A stretch of DNA of 64,000 nucleotides, from assembly GCA_951406725.2 (NCBI GenBank), contig OX597833.1, positions 24,242,001 to 24,306,000 of the forward strand, in the 5' to 3' direction. Below the pieces are notes generated by a model. The model had not been told where the DNA came from. It saw nothing but the letters and a program-made list of their open reading frames with translations, and did no database searches. Shown here piece by piece: positions 1 through 13,043 of this stretch. Numbering within the stretch: the first letter of the stretch is position 1; every line of letters begins with the position of its first letter. The position numbers were made by a program, and so were the translations under genes. The stretch comes from Octopus vulgaris. Taxonomy: Eukaryota.

Positions 1-19
1 TTACTTAAGCTTTTCTTCG

Positions 20-340
20 ATAAAATGTGTTCATAAAATTGATATCCATCTGCAATTTAGAATAACAGAATAAGGGTTGATTCAGCTGCAAGTCTTAGAC
101 ATTTAAAACTTTGGTTAAAGAACTGTTTTTATAGATAATGCTGATTTTGTTGCTCCTACTGAAAATAACATGCAGCTCACAATGGCCTGATTCTCAGCTG
201 CACGTATTGTTTTTGGTCTCACAATAAGCTTAGAGAATTAAATGGTAATATTGGCAATAACGTCAACTGAGCCCTATATTAAACGAAAAAGTTTCGTAAA
301 TGGCAAAAAATTGAAGGCTCTGGACATATTTTTATATCTC
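20..340 (+). mobile_element. Degenerate RTE-clade LINE reverse transcriptase fragment
   Basis: Translates, with stops and frameshifts, to DNADFVAPTENNMQLTMA*FSAARIVFGLTISL...PYIKRKSFVNGKKLKALDIFLYL. This resembles RTE RT domains 5-7 (FADD...FGLTISLKKT...F.YLGS). Confidence 0.65.
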
Positions 341-1490
341 GTTGAAAACCATGAGAGACGTAAGAAGATTCATTCTTTTATGAAGGAGAGCAAAAAATTT
401 GCTAGTGAGTTTACGTATAATACCCAGGTTGAACAGCATGATGGAAGCGTAGCAACTGTAGTTGCAAAGAAGGTAAAATCAGTAGGAAAGCAAAATGTGT
501 CCGAACAATTGGCTGATACGTGGGAACAAAAACCTCTGCATGGCAAATATGTGACCTGTAGGAAACAAGCTGATGTAGGCCAGAAGCGCACCCACCAGTG
601 GTTACGGAGCTCAGGGCTAAAGGCAGAAAGTGAAAGCTTCATCTTGACTGCTCAAGATCAGAGCTTATTGACCCGGAACTATCAAGCCAATGTGATCAAA
701 AAGGGAGCTGACCCAAAGTGCTGATACTGCAACGATGGAATTGAAACAGTGGATCGCTTAATCTCTGGGCATAAGGTTTTAGCACATGTAGAGTACAAAT
801 CAAGGCATGGCAGAGTTGGCCAATATGTACATTGGATAGTGTGTCAGTATTATAAAATCAAAACTGGTGACAAATGGTACAAGTACCACCCTGAGGCTGT
901 AACTAAGGGAGAAAATGTAACCATTCTTTGGGACTTTCCTGTAGACCTGACCATCAAAACAAATAAACTAGATATTGTTATGAAAGATCAAAACAATAAA
1001 GTCTGTTTATTGATTGACATGAGCATACCCTGTGACCATAATATCTCGGCAAAAGAATTTGATAAACTCAGAAAATATAAAGATTTGCTAATCGAAATCG
1101 AAAAGATGTGGCATCTCAAGATGGTTACAATACCTGGGATTGTAGGAGCACTTGGAATGATAAAAAAAGAAGCTGAAAATTATTTAAGAATGATCCCTAG
1201 CTTACCATCCATGCAGAAAGTGCAGAAGATTGTCTTAACTGGTACGTCACACGTATTGAGAAGAGCATTATCGCTGTGAACTTTCTTTCCTTTTTTCCCT
1301 TTATTTTTTTTGCTTACATTTTTTTCCTTTTTCTCTCTGTCATTCTTCCCCCTGTTTTCCATCATATGACTTTGTAAATGAACAATCTGGGGTGTTTCTT
1401 TTAATGCCCTACCGATGCATACAGTGCGTTTCTCTGCCTTAGGAGTCAGGAAAACACTCGGCAAGAAATGGAAACAGAATTGAAAGATGA
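341..1490 (+). mobile_element. 5'-truncated R4/Dong-clade non-LTR retrotransposon: RT thumb, CCHC knuckle, restriction-like endonuclease and 3' UTR (pseudogenised)
   Basis: ORFs 242-724 and 749-1279 are in the same frame across one TGA. They show KPLHGKY, WLRSSGLKAESESFILTAQDQSL, C*YC...H (broken zinc knuckle), RH, ILWDF, NKLDIV (PD site), IDMS, KLRKYKDL and IVGALG. The 3' UTR runs into an AAT-rich tail. Confidence 0.9.
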
Positions 1491-1569
1491 TAATGAAAAT
1501 AAGGATAATAATATAAACAACACCAGCAACAACAACAGTAATATGAATATCTTTATTAATAATAATATA

Positions 1570-1685
1570 ATGGAAAAACTATCCAAATATAAAGTCCTGG
1601 AAATAGAAATATCCAGAATGTGGGGATTGCAAACTGGAACAATCCCAAACAACAATAGATGCCTTGGGAATGATAAAAGGAGAGG
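1570..1685 (+). mobile_element. Short fragment of a second RLE-LINE C-terminus
   Basis: MEKLSKYKVLEIEISRMWGLQTGTIP then LGMIK after a frameshift, paralleling the KLRKYKDLLIEIEKMW...GALGMIK end of the upstream element. Confidence 0.75.
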
Positions 1686-1913
1686 CAGGCATATACATAC
1701 ATACATACATACATACATACATACATACATACATACATACATACATACATACATACATACATACATGCACACATACATACAAACATGCAGGCATGCTTAC
1801 ATATACACTCATACATACGTACACACACACACGCGCATATATATATATGTATGTATGTGTGTGTTTATATATATATGTGCATGTGTGTATATATATATAT
1901 GTATAAATATATA

Positions 1914-1949
<36 letters not shown>

Positions 1950-2109
1950 TGTATGTATGTATGTATGTATGTGTGTGTGTGTGTATAGTTCTAGTATCAC
2001 TAAAATATACCCAAAACAAAATAATGTACATACCCACAGCATACACATATATACAATTCAGTCTTCTAGTGAAAGTGGACAATAACAAGAAGTCTGTTGA
2101 AATGTTAAT

Positions 2110-2898
2110 AATGGCTTCAACAGTTTTCGGAGTGAGTCGATGAAACTGACCCCAGTATTCCAATGGTTCTTAATTTATCGGCCTTGAAAAGACGAAAGGC
2201 GAAGTCAACATTCGTGGAATTTGAATTCAGAACGAGAAGAATCGGATGAAACGTCGTCGATCGTTTTGTCTGACATTCTAATTATTTTGTCAGCTCGCCA
2301 CCTAAGTAATTATTATGAATTCAAATGTGAGAAAGAGAGGGTTGAGTCAGTTATGTCGACTCCAGTACATAACTGGTACAACTTTTATTGACTCCGAAAA
2401 TGAATGGCAATATGGACTTCGGCGGTATTTGAATATGAAGAGTAGGAAGAAATGACACTGAGAATTGTTCGACGCTTAAACGATTCTGTTGGCCGCCGCA
2501 TTTTCCAATATAGGTGCAATATCTGAAATCTTATGGGGAGGGGTTAGCCGATTAAATGAACCTTAGTACTTGACTGGAACTTTGTTTTATGAAGCCCAAA
2601 AGGACGAAAGGCAGAGTCGACCTCTTAGGGTTGTCCGCCACTCTGACAATTCGACTACTTCACCGCCTTATTAAGCGGTTCCAAGTCATTGTACTCAATA
2701 AAGGTTTCAAATTTTGGCAAGGCCAACAGCTTTAGAAGAAGTGGTCTGTCGATTATATCGATCCCACCACTTCACTGGCACTTTATTTCATCACTCTTGA
2801 AAGAACGAAGACCAGAATTGATCTCTTGAAGATTTGAACTCAGAAAAGAATGACCCGGAAGAAATGCTGCTAAACATTTTCTCCGACACGCAATGATT

Positions 2899-2938
<40 letters not shown>

Positions 2939-3308
2939 CACTACTACTTTCTATTATAAGCACAAGGCCTAGAATTTGGGGAAGGGGGAAAATCGATCAC
3001 ATCGACCCTAGTACTTGACTGGTATTTAATTTGTCGACCCCCGAAGAATGAAAAGGAAAGTCGACATCGACGGAATTTGAAAATAATTATAACAATGATT
3101 TCAAATGTTTGCCACAAAGGTAGCTTAGGGTAGGGAATTAAGTCGATTACATCGATCCCCAGTGTTTCCCTGGTACTTAATTTTATCGACCACGAAAGGG
3201 TGAAAGGCAAATTCAACTTCGGCAAAATTTGAACTCAGAACGTAGCGACGGGCGAAATGCCGCTAAGTATTCCGTCCACCGTGTTAATGATTCTGTCAGC
3301 TCGCCGCC

Positions 3309-3309
<1 letters not shown>
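2110..3309 (-). mobile_element. Head-to-tail cluster of about 6 tRNA-derived SINEs (called family A here)
   Basis: The motif GAAAGGCAAAGTCGACCTCGGCGGAATTTGAACTCAGAAC recurs in variants. On the minus strand it gives a B-box-like GTTCAAATTCC and a head GGCGGCGAGCTG.CAGAATC. Copies are separated by short simple repeats. Confidence 0.85.
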
Positions 3310-3375
<66 letters not shown>

Positions 3376-3603
3376 CAATAATGATAATAATGACGACGAC
3401 GATGATGATGATGACGAGGATGGGGATGTTGACGGTGAGAATAATAATGACTTGGATTCAATTAATCGACATCTCGTCGAAAACAAAAAAACAAAAAGTT
3501 GGAGGTTGAAATTAAAAAATAATAGTAGCAGGATACCACAAGAGACTTCTGTCCACAAGCACTAGGTCATACAACCCCTTCTCTCTCACGCAAAATCTCA
3601 CGT

Positions 3604-3638
<35 letters not shown>

Positions 3639-3751
3639 CATATACATATACATATATATACATATATACATATATATATACATGCATATATGTATAAATA
3701 TATATATACATATACATATATATATACATATACATACACACATACACGCAC

Positions 3752-3800
<49 letters not shown>

Positions 3801-3809
3801 TATATACTC

Positions 3810-4366
3810 ATTAATCAATGAAATTCCTACTTAGTCTGATTTTCACGTTCTATTATTTGTAATTTTTACGATTTTACAATCTTTTCAATTTTCCAATACT
3901 GATATAAACTAGTACTTTCATGCGTTACGCAATCGTCAAGTTTATGTAGTGACTGTCGTGTTCCACAAGCCATAACTGTAGCAAAATGGTCGGATTTATC
4001 CCTCACATACCTTCCAATGGGATCCAACATGCTGAATCTTACGAACTGTATTTTGACCAATCAGCATGTGGCTCAGACTGGTTGAGCGCGCCAACTAAGT
4101 TGTAACTGCACTTCGACCAATCAGTATGTGGCTTAGACGTCACGGTTTGATGGGCACGTGAAGGATTCTTTACTTTGACCGCACTTAAAAGGAATAATTG
4201 TTTGGTTATATTTCGGAATGTAGTGAACAACATTCCTGTTTTCATTGAATTCTATTGTCACTGGAGAAATTTTTACATTTCATTTGGGTCAGTGTTCATT
4301 TGATCAACATAAATAATAAATAATAAAATGGGAAAATCAGACAAAGTTGGAATTTCATTGATTAAT
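3810..4366. mobile_element. MITE-like element with about 35 bp terminal inverted repeats
   Basis: 3810-3844 (ATTAATCAATGAAATTCCTACTTAGTCTGATTTTC) matches the reverse complement of 4332-4366 with 2 mismatches. There is an internal direct repeat with a 60-bp offset, and a related fragment near 49360-49400. Confidence 0.75.
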
Positions 4367-4394
4367 ATATTGTTCTACACACAATCATACAAAC

Positions 4395-4480
<86 letters not shown>

Positions 4481-4718
4481 GTGTATATATATATGAGTGT
4501 ATAGCGTTAAAACTCAGTATACGTATGCTTCAAAGTAAAGCGTTAGTTGAGTACAGAGCGTAATATCTAATTGAATACATGACAAAGGAATGGGAAACTT
4601 TACAACGAACTTCATTAACTTATAACTCGAAGAAGCTATAAAATGATGCACAGGCACCCAGCTCTATGCGCTGTTGAAGTTTATTGTATAATTTCCTGTT
4701 CTTTTGTAACTCTTAAAC

Positions 4719-4797
<79 letters not shown>

Positions 4798-4811
4798 CAT
4801 ACATACACAAG

Positions 4812-4846
<35 letters not shown>

Positions 4847-4948
4847 TATGCAGACCTACTCGCATAGACACACACATATACTATCTGTAAGCATTCGCAC
4901 ACTTATGCACTTAGCAACGTAGGTGTACACGAACATATATCTATATGC

Positions 4949-5030
<82 letters not shown>

Positions 5031-5036
5031 ATATAT

Positions 5037-5069
<33 letters not shown>

Positions 5070-5459
5070 CCGACAGACATATAATTTGATATATATACAC
5101 ATATATACCACATACATATTTATACATACAGACAAATTCGCATCTATATCCCTGCATATTTGAAGAAAATATCAAAATGGCGCGTGTATGTCTGCAATGT
5201 AAGTAAAAAGTATGTATTGAAAATCTTTAAAATATAAAAAAGAGAAAGGAGGAACAAGAACAGTTGCATTTCCAATATAATTTATGAATATATGAGGTAT
5301 TAATAGTAATAGTAGTTGTATGCAATCGCTGCGCTTTCAGTGTTGCGTCTTCATTCATAAAAAAAAAAGGACAAAATCAAATTTATGTTTGGTTTACGTA
5401 CAAAACTTAGGTGAAATGGAACCAAATTCTTTGTATGCTATATACATAATAAAGTTGTT

Positions 5460-5475
5460 TATATCTACATATATA

Positions 5476-5561
<86 letters not shown>

Positions 5562-5687
5562 ATATATATACATATATATATATGTATATATATATACATA
5601 TTTATATGTATATATATACATATATATATTTATATGTATATATATATATATACATATATATTCATATGTATATATATACATATATAT

Positions 5688-5752
<65 letters not shown>

Positions 5753-5800
5753 CATACATTTATATATATGTGTGTGTGTGTATGTTTGTGTGTGTTGAAT
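5460..5800. repeat. Long compound (TA)n microsatellite, representative of dozens of TA/CA/CATA/CTAT/GA tracts in the window
   Basis: Directly visible. Other large tracts lie at 1694-1985, 28040-28206, 29545-30410, 53870-54430 and 60965-61440. Confidence 0.97.
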
Positions 5801-6045
5801 TATATAAATATGTTTGTATATCTATTGGTATACACTTCTGACATTTGTTTTTTCTTCTGTATTTTTGAAAGCTGCAGTCTACTTCCACGTTAAGTATAGG
5901 AATCGAACCAAGCACGTTCTGCTAACCAGAGCAAGTGTGCTGATCATTAAACTACAAAAACATTGTACATCAATTTAAATCCTTTATATACATTAGAAGT
6001 CTTCATCTGTAAATGTGTGTATATGTATGTGTGTGTGTGGGTGTA

Positions 6046-6088
<43 letters not shown>

Positions 6089-6384
6089 GAAAGAAAGAGA
6101 GAGTGAGAAAGAAAGAAAAAGAGAAAGAGAGGGTGTGCGTGGTGTGTGTGAGTGTGTGAGAGCGTGTGCATGCGTGTTTGTATTTGTATATATAAATATA
6201 TATTATATATGACTATAAATATACATGGACATATACACACGCGTATACATTTTTATATCTACAATGTATATATATATATATATATATATAAAGATGAATC
6301 ATATACGTGCTTGTGTATGAAGTAATTATATATGTTTTGTACACGCACATATATACATATGTAACAAAGTTATTATTTTAATAT

Positions 6385-6390
6385 TTTATT
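6385..6390 (-). promoter_or_regulatory. Candidate polyadenylation signal (AATAAA) for APCDD1
   Basis: TTTATT on the plus strand, about 195 nt past the stop codon. The AT-rich context makes a chance match likely. Confidence 0.25.
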
Positions 6391-6584
6391 TATATAAATA
6401 GTTGCGTTGCGATTTTTGCAAAATCCATTAATATCCAGGTATGTTTTAGAAAATAAAGTGTTTTTGCTTGTATATGCATATGAAGAAATGTTTGTGGTTT
6501 TGGCATATTTGACAGAATTAATTTACATTTAAATTCTTCATACAGCTTCTCATATAGTATTTTTTGTTTGATTGGTTTTGCTCT

Positions 6585-7508
6585 TCAATTTTGTACAGCT
6601 GGTGCTATAAATCCAGGGAATGAAAGAACACAAATAAAACACATTATAATCAACATTTGCCAATGATCTCTTGTGGATGACATTCCACGACTCTTTGTTA
6701 AGAGAGCTACAACTGTCATCATGCTCGCTATTAAAAGAGAGTTAACTGTTTTTTGCCTGGTAGCCATACTAGTAGAGTACAGCGATCTTGTACCGCTTAA
6801 CTGGATCAAGGGCTTAGCTTGGGCTATATTTTGTTTAATATGTCGGACTGTCAAAGATGAAGATCCTGATTTTCGTTTGATATTTTCTTTGGTGCAACTT
6901 TGAAGTGGTGGTTGAAAAGACGTTGGATACGAATGGCTTCTTGGTCCGCTATACATAACTCTCTTTCCCATGTACAAATAACGTTCTTTATTCACATCGG
7001 TAACCATCTTAATAGTTTCCAGTACAACATTTGGTAGTCTGATATCCATAGGTCTGCAACCGTGTGTAGAAGTCACATCTTGTGTTATTCCAATTCGCCA
7101 TGATCCAGGAACACCACAACCCGAACCATTGTAAAAATTTAAATTTTCGCTGATACTGTAGTGTTCCGGTGTAATTTTTAACCTTTGCACTGTGAATTTA
7201 TAATGTTTCGTTCCGCCAATCACCGCTGTTGTACCCATTATTTCTGAATACTTACCCTCGGCATCTAATGTGAAGCTTGGTTGACGGCATCGAGGGTCTC
7301 GAAAGTAATTATATGTACCACTCCAGTTATTACCACCCTCATAAAATGTCAGCCTGCGTGTGATGAACATTCCTAGCGGTCGGGTTTCGCATCGTACACT
7401 AACCCAATGTCCAATTGTGGAAATTGGAGTGAAAGGACTTTTGGGTAAAATGGGAGGATGATACAGGTCCGAGTTACTGATTTGGTGGCAAATTTTACAC
7501 GTACGATC
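6585..7508 (-). CDS. APCDD1: Terminal coding exon of an APCDD1-like gene (extracellular Wnt/BMP inhibitor): second APCDD1 repeat plus hydrophobic C-terminus
   Basis: DRTCKICHQISNSDLYHPPILP...GHWVSVRCETRP...WSGTYNYFRDPRCRQPSFT...GKYS...CGVPGSWRIGITQDVTSTHGC...RLP...TSFQPPLQSC follows the recalled vertebrate APCDD1 motifs (CIAC..SDEHHPPILP, WVSQRCEVRP, SDPVC..P.F, CGAEGSWQVG..QDVT.T.GC, TSYQ.PL.QC). There is a polypyrimidine acceptor ttttttcag|GAT (AG at 7510-7509, phase 0) and a TGA stop at 6587-6585. Confidence 0.92.
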   Translation of the reverse strand, partial: DRTCKICHQISNSDLYHPPILPKSPFTPISTIGHWVSVRCETRPLGMFITRRLTFYEGGNNWSGTYNYFRDPRCRQPSFTLDAEGKYSEIMGTTAVIGGTKHYKFTVQRLKITPEHYSISENLNFYNGSGCGVPGSWRIGITQDVTSTHGCRPMDIRLPNVVLETIKMVTDVNKERYLYMGKRVMYSGPRSHSYPTSFQPPLQSCTKENIKRKSGSSSLTVRHIKQNIAQAKPLIQLSGTRSLYSTSMATRQKTVNSLLIASMMTVVALLTKSRGMSSTRDHWQMLIIMCFICVLSFPGFIAPAVQN

Positions 7509-9028
7509 CTGAAAAAAAATAAAAGAAAAAAGAATCAATCGACAATCGCTTTATTTTGTCAAAATGGTTAGAGAATATGTAATAATTATATAACAAACTA
7601 GTGTGCCCGTACCATCAGAAATGACGACATGAAAATGATACGGAAAATAAAATTAAAATTAAGAGATTTACAACCTTTATCTTAGTAATTGCTTCAACAC
7701 CACGTTTCTAGTGAAACCCCTACCACCAAATGATGATTCATAAAATGTAAGCAAACATTTCACCTGTGAAATGATTGTTCTGTGTGTCCGCTAACCCTAT
7801 TTTATAGGGAAGCCCTGCAGGCATGTATAATATAGTAGGATGTGCCAGGTATGATAGTATTAACAGCTTTTAACTAACTTTTATTTTCAATGATAATCCT
7901 GTTAATATTTATTTCAAGAAGAACCTTTCCCAAGGTCTTATGTTGGAATAAAGAATACATATTTAATTCTTAACTTTGCTACATATCCTTCATTAGAACA
8001 TATATTTCTACATAAATACATATATATGTATATGCGTGTGCATAAATATCTGTGTGTGTGTGTGTATGTGTAAATACATGTTGACAAAAGTATATATAAA
8101 CACTCCCAAACTGCGTTCGTATCTCTCACTTCAACTCCTCAATGACGTGTGAACACGACGCTCTCTTTACCACTTCCTCTTTTTCATTTCTATTACTTTC
8201 TCTCACTCCCTCTCAGTCATGGCTATTACTCTCACTACTTCTCCTTCACTGAATTACTATTTTCTCTCCTCTCCTTTCACTTATACTACTCTTTCTCTCA
8301 CTCCCTCCTACTGCATGATTTCGGACAAATTTATAAAAAACACTACACTCATTATTATATTAGATTATATAAACTGAACACATGAATATTGTAAACATGG
8401 AAATAACACGCACACACGCACACACAAACACATACGCGCGCGCACACACATACACTGTATGACTTGCTTGGCAAGTGTATTATATCAAAGTCTCAGGATT
8501 GACCCATATCTTGTAAATAAAACTGGGATGACAGAAACTGTTTGGAAGCCTGTCTGCTGGAATGTACTCCTGATTCAAAGATCTAGCGTTGCTTCGATGC
8601 TGCTGCCCTGAATATTACATTCAGAGAAGAAGCACATGTAGAATATTTTGCTATTTATACGCTAATTCGAGGTGGATGTAATTCACTTGATCGGACAACT
8701 AAATCCATATTGTCGAAATCAACAGAGATACAATTGCTTTATACTATATACATGCATGAATGCATACAACAATACATACATATATGTGTATGAATTTAGT
8801 TTTGTGTGTGTGTGTTGCGCGCGCAGAATATGTCAGCTGTTGCATATGCCAAAGTATCTTTTATTTAGGACTGTAGGGGTAGATCTGGTTACTATTTCCA
8901 GCAAGTTGATTACTCATTTTTAGAAGTATTTCACATACGTGTGATTTTTGCTCATTGTCGCTATATTGTAGAATTTTCTTTCTTTCTTTCTTTATATGTG
9001 TACATACAATCATACATATGAGTTTTTT

Positions 9029-9086
<58 letters not shown>

Positions 9087-9116
9087 CATATATATAGGTG
9101 TGTGCATATATATATA

Positions 9117-9268
9117 TGGGCTCCTTTCAGTTTCCGTCTATCAAATTCACTCTCAAGGCTTTGGTCGGCCGGAGCCTATAGCAGAAATTTGCCCGAGGTG
9201 CAACGCAGTGGAACTGAACCCGGAACAATGTTGTTGGGAAGCAAACTTCTTACACAGCCACTTTTGCA
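9117..9268 (-). mobile_element. tRNA-derived SINE (called family B here), 5' part
   Basis: The minus strand reads GGCTGTGTAAGAAGTTTGCTTCCCAAC...GGGTTCAGTTCCACTGCG..CCTCGGGCAA, matching the other family B copies. Confidence 0.85.
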
Positions 9269-9343
<75 letters not shown>

Positions 9344-10019
9344 CTGTCTGTCTGTCTGTCTATCTGTCTGTATGTGTCTTTGTATATTGATGCAAACAGG
9401 AAAAACAGAACTCAAAATATGAATATATATAATATTTTTATAAATATTTATCAGAAGTAACAGATTGACTCAAGGTCCGAGAGTTTCAAATGCCAATGTA
9501 CGAAACTCTCTGACCATAAGTTACTCTGCTACTTCTGATAAATATTATATATGTGTGTGTGTGCGTGTGTATGTGTATACGTGTATTTGTGTGCGTGTGT
9601 GTGTGTGTGTGTGTTTGTGTGTGTTATATGCACAGCTCAGCGTGAATCCCAAGAATTGCAATAAATTTAAATTTATAGTCGTGGGTGAAATAAGAATGTA
9701 AATATTTTTCTAGGCTTTTGATGTACAGACAGAAAGTGTGGGTCATCACTGAACGGACAGTTCACAGTTTGTTGACTGTTCTTCAGTGACAATATACCCA
9801 GTTTCCTTGCCCGATCATTAATACAGATCAGGCTATTACATAAAGCAATTAATTAGACTAACGTCGCGCATAACTTAATTTACATGACTGTGCTTTGACA
9901 GTCTGTCATTTTACGCACAACACAATGTGATTAGAAGTGAAATACATTTAAGTTGTAGTAACTGAAAAACCTATGCTAATGATATCAATGATTTTATATG
10001 CGGCAAGTAATTGTCTGGT

Positions 10020-10960
10020 ATTGGTTGGGAAAGTCTCATCGAGAAATAGCTGAAGTTTTTGGTATTAATAATCAAATAGCAAATAACATAGTGAAAAGGG
10101 TGATTAACGAAAGGAATTGCCGATTAAAGACAGTTTCTGCGCGAGCATAGTTATTAGTTATTAAACGTTGACATGAAACTGGTAATGTGGCTTCAAATAT
10201 TATTGGTATGTTTCTATATTGCGTAAGAACTGCACTGAATGAATTTGCTATGAACGAATAGTCGCAAGAAAGAAGATAATGGTTTCAAAAGATAAGACCA
10301 AAAAGTTCAAATGGACTAAAGAGTTTGGTTGTCAATAATAAGGCCTAACGAAAACAAATGCTGCCAATTTTCCATTTCAAAGCAACTATATGTGCGTGTT
10401 GCAATAAAACTAAAACATAGGTGCAGGGTTATTTGCAAGGAACAGTTAGACATGGAGGAATTAGAGTTATTGTATGAGGAGTGGGCAGTTTGGGTGATAG
10501 GTAGATCACTGCTCATCTTTATTGAAAATGGAGTCGCTCAAAATATTGTAAAATACATGAAAAGGGTCTATTATTAATCTGTTCCAATGCTGGAATTGAT
10601 GATCTGGGCCATCTTTTGAAAGATGTAGCCCCATACCAATACGATTAGGCTCTCATAGGTTCGGAAATTAATGGAAACAGATGTTTGAAATGGGTTGATC
10701 AAGGCCTTAATCCAACAGAACACATTTAGAAAAATTGCAGGCAAGATCGTCGAAAATTACATCGATTATAAAGCTGTAGTACGCATTAACTGAAGAATGA
10801 ACAGACAGAGATCAGTCAATTCCATGCTTAATCGGGTGAAAGCCATCATATTAGCTAAAGAGTAGACTACAAAATGAGGCAAAATTTCAATCATTTTTGA
10901 TGATTTTTAATGAAATTATCACAAATTGAATTAGCGCTGAGTTTTATTACCCAGGCTATA
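10020..10960 (+). mobile_element. Highly decayed Tc1-type transposase relic
   Basis: GKSHREIAEVFGI (N-terminal HTH) near 10028, LNPTEHI (SPDLNPIEN-like) near 10706, and VNSMLNRVKAIILAK (SMP.R..AVI.AKG-like) near 10815. Confidence 0.7.
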
Positions 10961-11411
10961 AGGTCATTGTAGGCCACCGTATACACAGTCTAACAGAAGA
11001 ACATGGGTAAAATACTTACCAAATACGTTAGTCAATGCTAATGTGAAATACGCTACCTGTAAGATATTTTTCTTGTCAAAATATGTAGTGATTAAAGCCT
11101 CTTAGTTGACAAGTTTAATTATACCTACGCTATCCAGACACTTTGTTCATAGCATGTGCCTCATACAAACAAGCGTGCATCCATCCATCCATCCATCCAT
11201 CCATCCATCCATCCATCCATCCATCCATCCATCCATTCATCCATCCATCCATCCATACATACATACATACATACATACATACATACATACATGCATATAT
11301 ACATATATATATATATATGCATAAATTAAATAGCTACACACATATATACACATAAACATTTACATACATATATGTATATAAATGTATATACAAATATATA
11401 TATATATATTT

Positions 11412-11461
<50 letters not shown>

Positions 11462-11482
11462 GTATATACGCATATCTACCTA

Positions 11483-11541
<59 letters not shown>

Positions 11542-11560
11542 CGCTTGCACTCTATCTATC

Positions 11561-11620
<60 letters not shown>

Positions 11621-12062
11621 GTTTGTATGCATACATAAATACATAGACATAACATGCTAGCACCAAGTTACCAGCGTTGTCTGAACTAATGAAACTTATG
11701 CAAATTGCGCATAACAACAGTGATTAATTCTCACGTCCAACCTGATTCGTTTCTAATTACTGAGATAACTGCGCAATGTCTGAGGATGGCATTTCACATA
11801 TAACCAAGTGTAGGAGAACAGTGTAGCGAACAAGGGAAAAGTTAATTTTGAAGAAAAATTTACATGGCAAACTAATCATAAAATGTTTTAATTAGAGTAA
11901 TAGCATATGGAAAGGAAAGCATAGAAGTGAAATAAGACCCAAGAATTAATACACACACATACATAAAGACACACACACACACACATACAAACACATGTAA
12001 ATTAACCAATGTGAAAATTTGTCTAGACAGGCAAAGGAAACTGATAAGTGATGAGATATTTG

Positions 12063-12177
<115 letters not shown>

Positions 12178-12763
12178 TGTGTGTGTGTATGTATATAATA
12201 TCTATATATATATATACTTAACACTCACACACACACACAGACACACACCTACCTTTTTCTTAGGAACAGTGCATCTCGAATCAGATAATGAAACAAATAA
12301 TTGCGTGTACATATTGGGTTAAAAATCCCTTTGAATAGAAAAAGAGGTAGTCTGTCCTTGGGACTCAAACCCACATCTCTAGTAAACATGACAGGCGTTC
12401 TGAGATTGGACCAAAGATATCCTTCGAATTTCTTTACCCATTTTAGAAACATTTTCTTTCTGAAGTGTTTTTTATTCTAATATTTATAGACTATTATTAT
12501 AACTTTATTTGCTTCGAGATCCCCTGTTTCAAAATAAAAATTATTTCACGTTCTTTCGAAGTTTATGAATTCTTATGATACCGTCAATTTGTTTATAAAA
12601 ACACACACACATATACACGTACATACATACATACATACATACATACACAAACACACACACATACATACATACATACATACACACATACATACATACACAC
12701 ACACATACATACATACATACATACACACACGTATATATATATACACATACATATATATATATG

Positions 12764-12797
<34 letters not shown>

Positions 12798-12854
12798 TGT
12801 ATGTATGTATGTATGTATGTATGTATGTGTGTGTGTATATATATGTCCGGCATT

Positions 12855-13043
12855 CGACATGATAGATTGCTAGCCACTACACTTTCTTTATTTTCTCTCC
12901 TTGTTTCTGTCTGTGTTCCTTTCTGTGGAAGAGCGTAGGCTCGAAACGTTAAAGACTTATTCACTTCCCGAGCGTTATACTAATACATCTGTTTGTCGTC
13001 TACACCACCTGTCTTTGTCTTTTGTTTTTTTGTGAATTCTCCC
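12855..13043 (+). mobile_element. Solo short repeat (probable PLE pseudo-LTR) carrying a minimal hammerhead-like motif
   Basis: Homologous to 61876-62058 (-) and 62697-62893 (+) and embedded in TA microsatellite. The motif is at 12919-12954. Confidence 0.65.

Noticed and set aside
2110-3309. Regularly recurring motif resembling a CRISPR array
   Set aside because: The units are diverged SINEs of 150-200 bp in a eukaryotic context, with no cas genes.
5894-5955. tRNA-like sequence on the minus strand (GGTTCGATTCC)
   Set aside because: There is no complete cloverleaf or acceptor stem; it is more likely a decayed SINE head. Other tRNA-like heads in the window are SINEs, so no tRNA genes were called.
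6673-6903. 76-aa plus-strand ORF
   Set aside because: It is the antisense shadow of the APCDD1 exon.
7509-7538. MILFSFIFFQ as a start or signal peptide for the 317-aa ORF
   Set aside because: This is the intronic polypyrimidine tract before the splice acceptor, and the first codon is not ATG.
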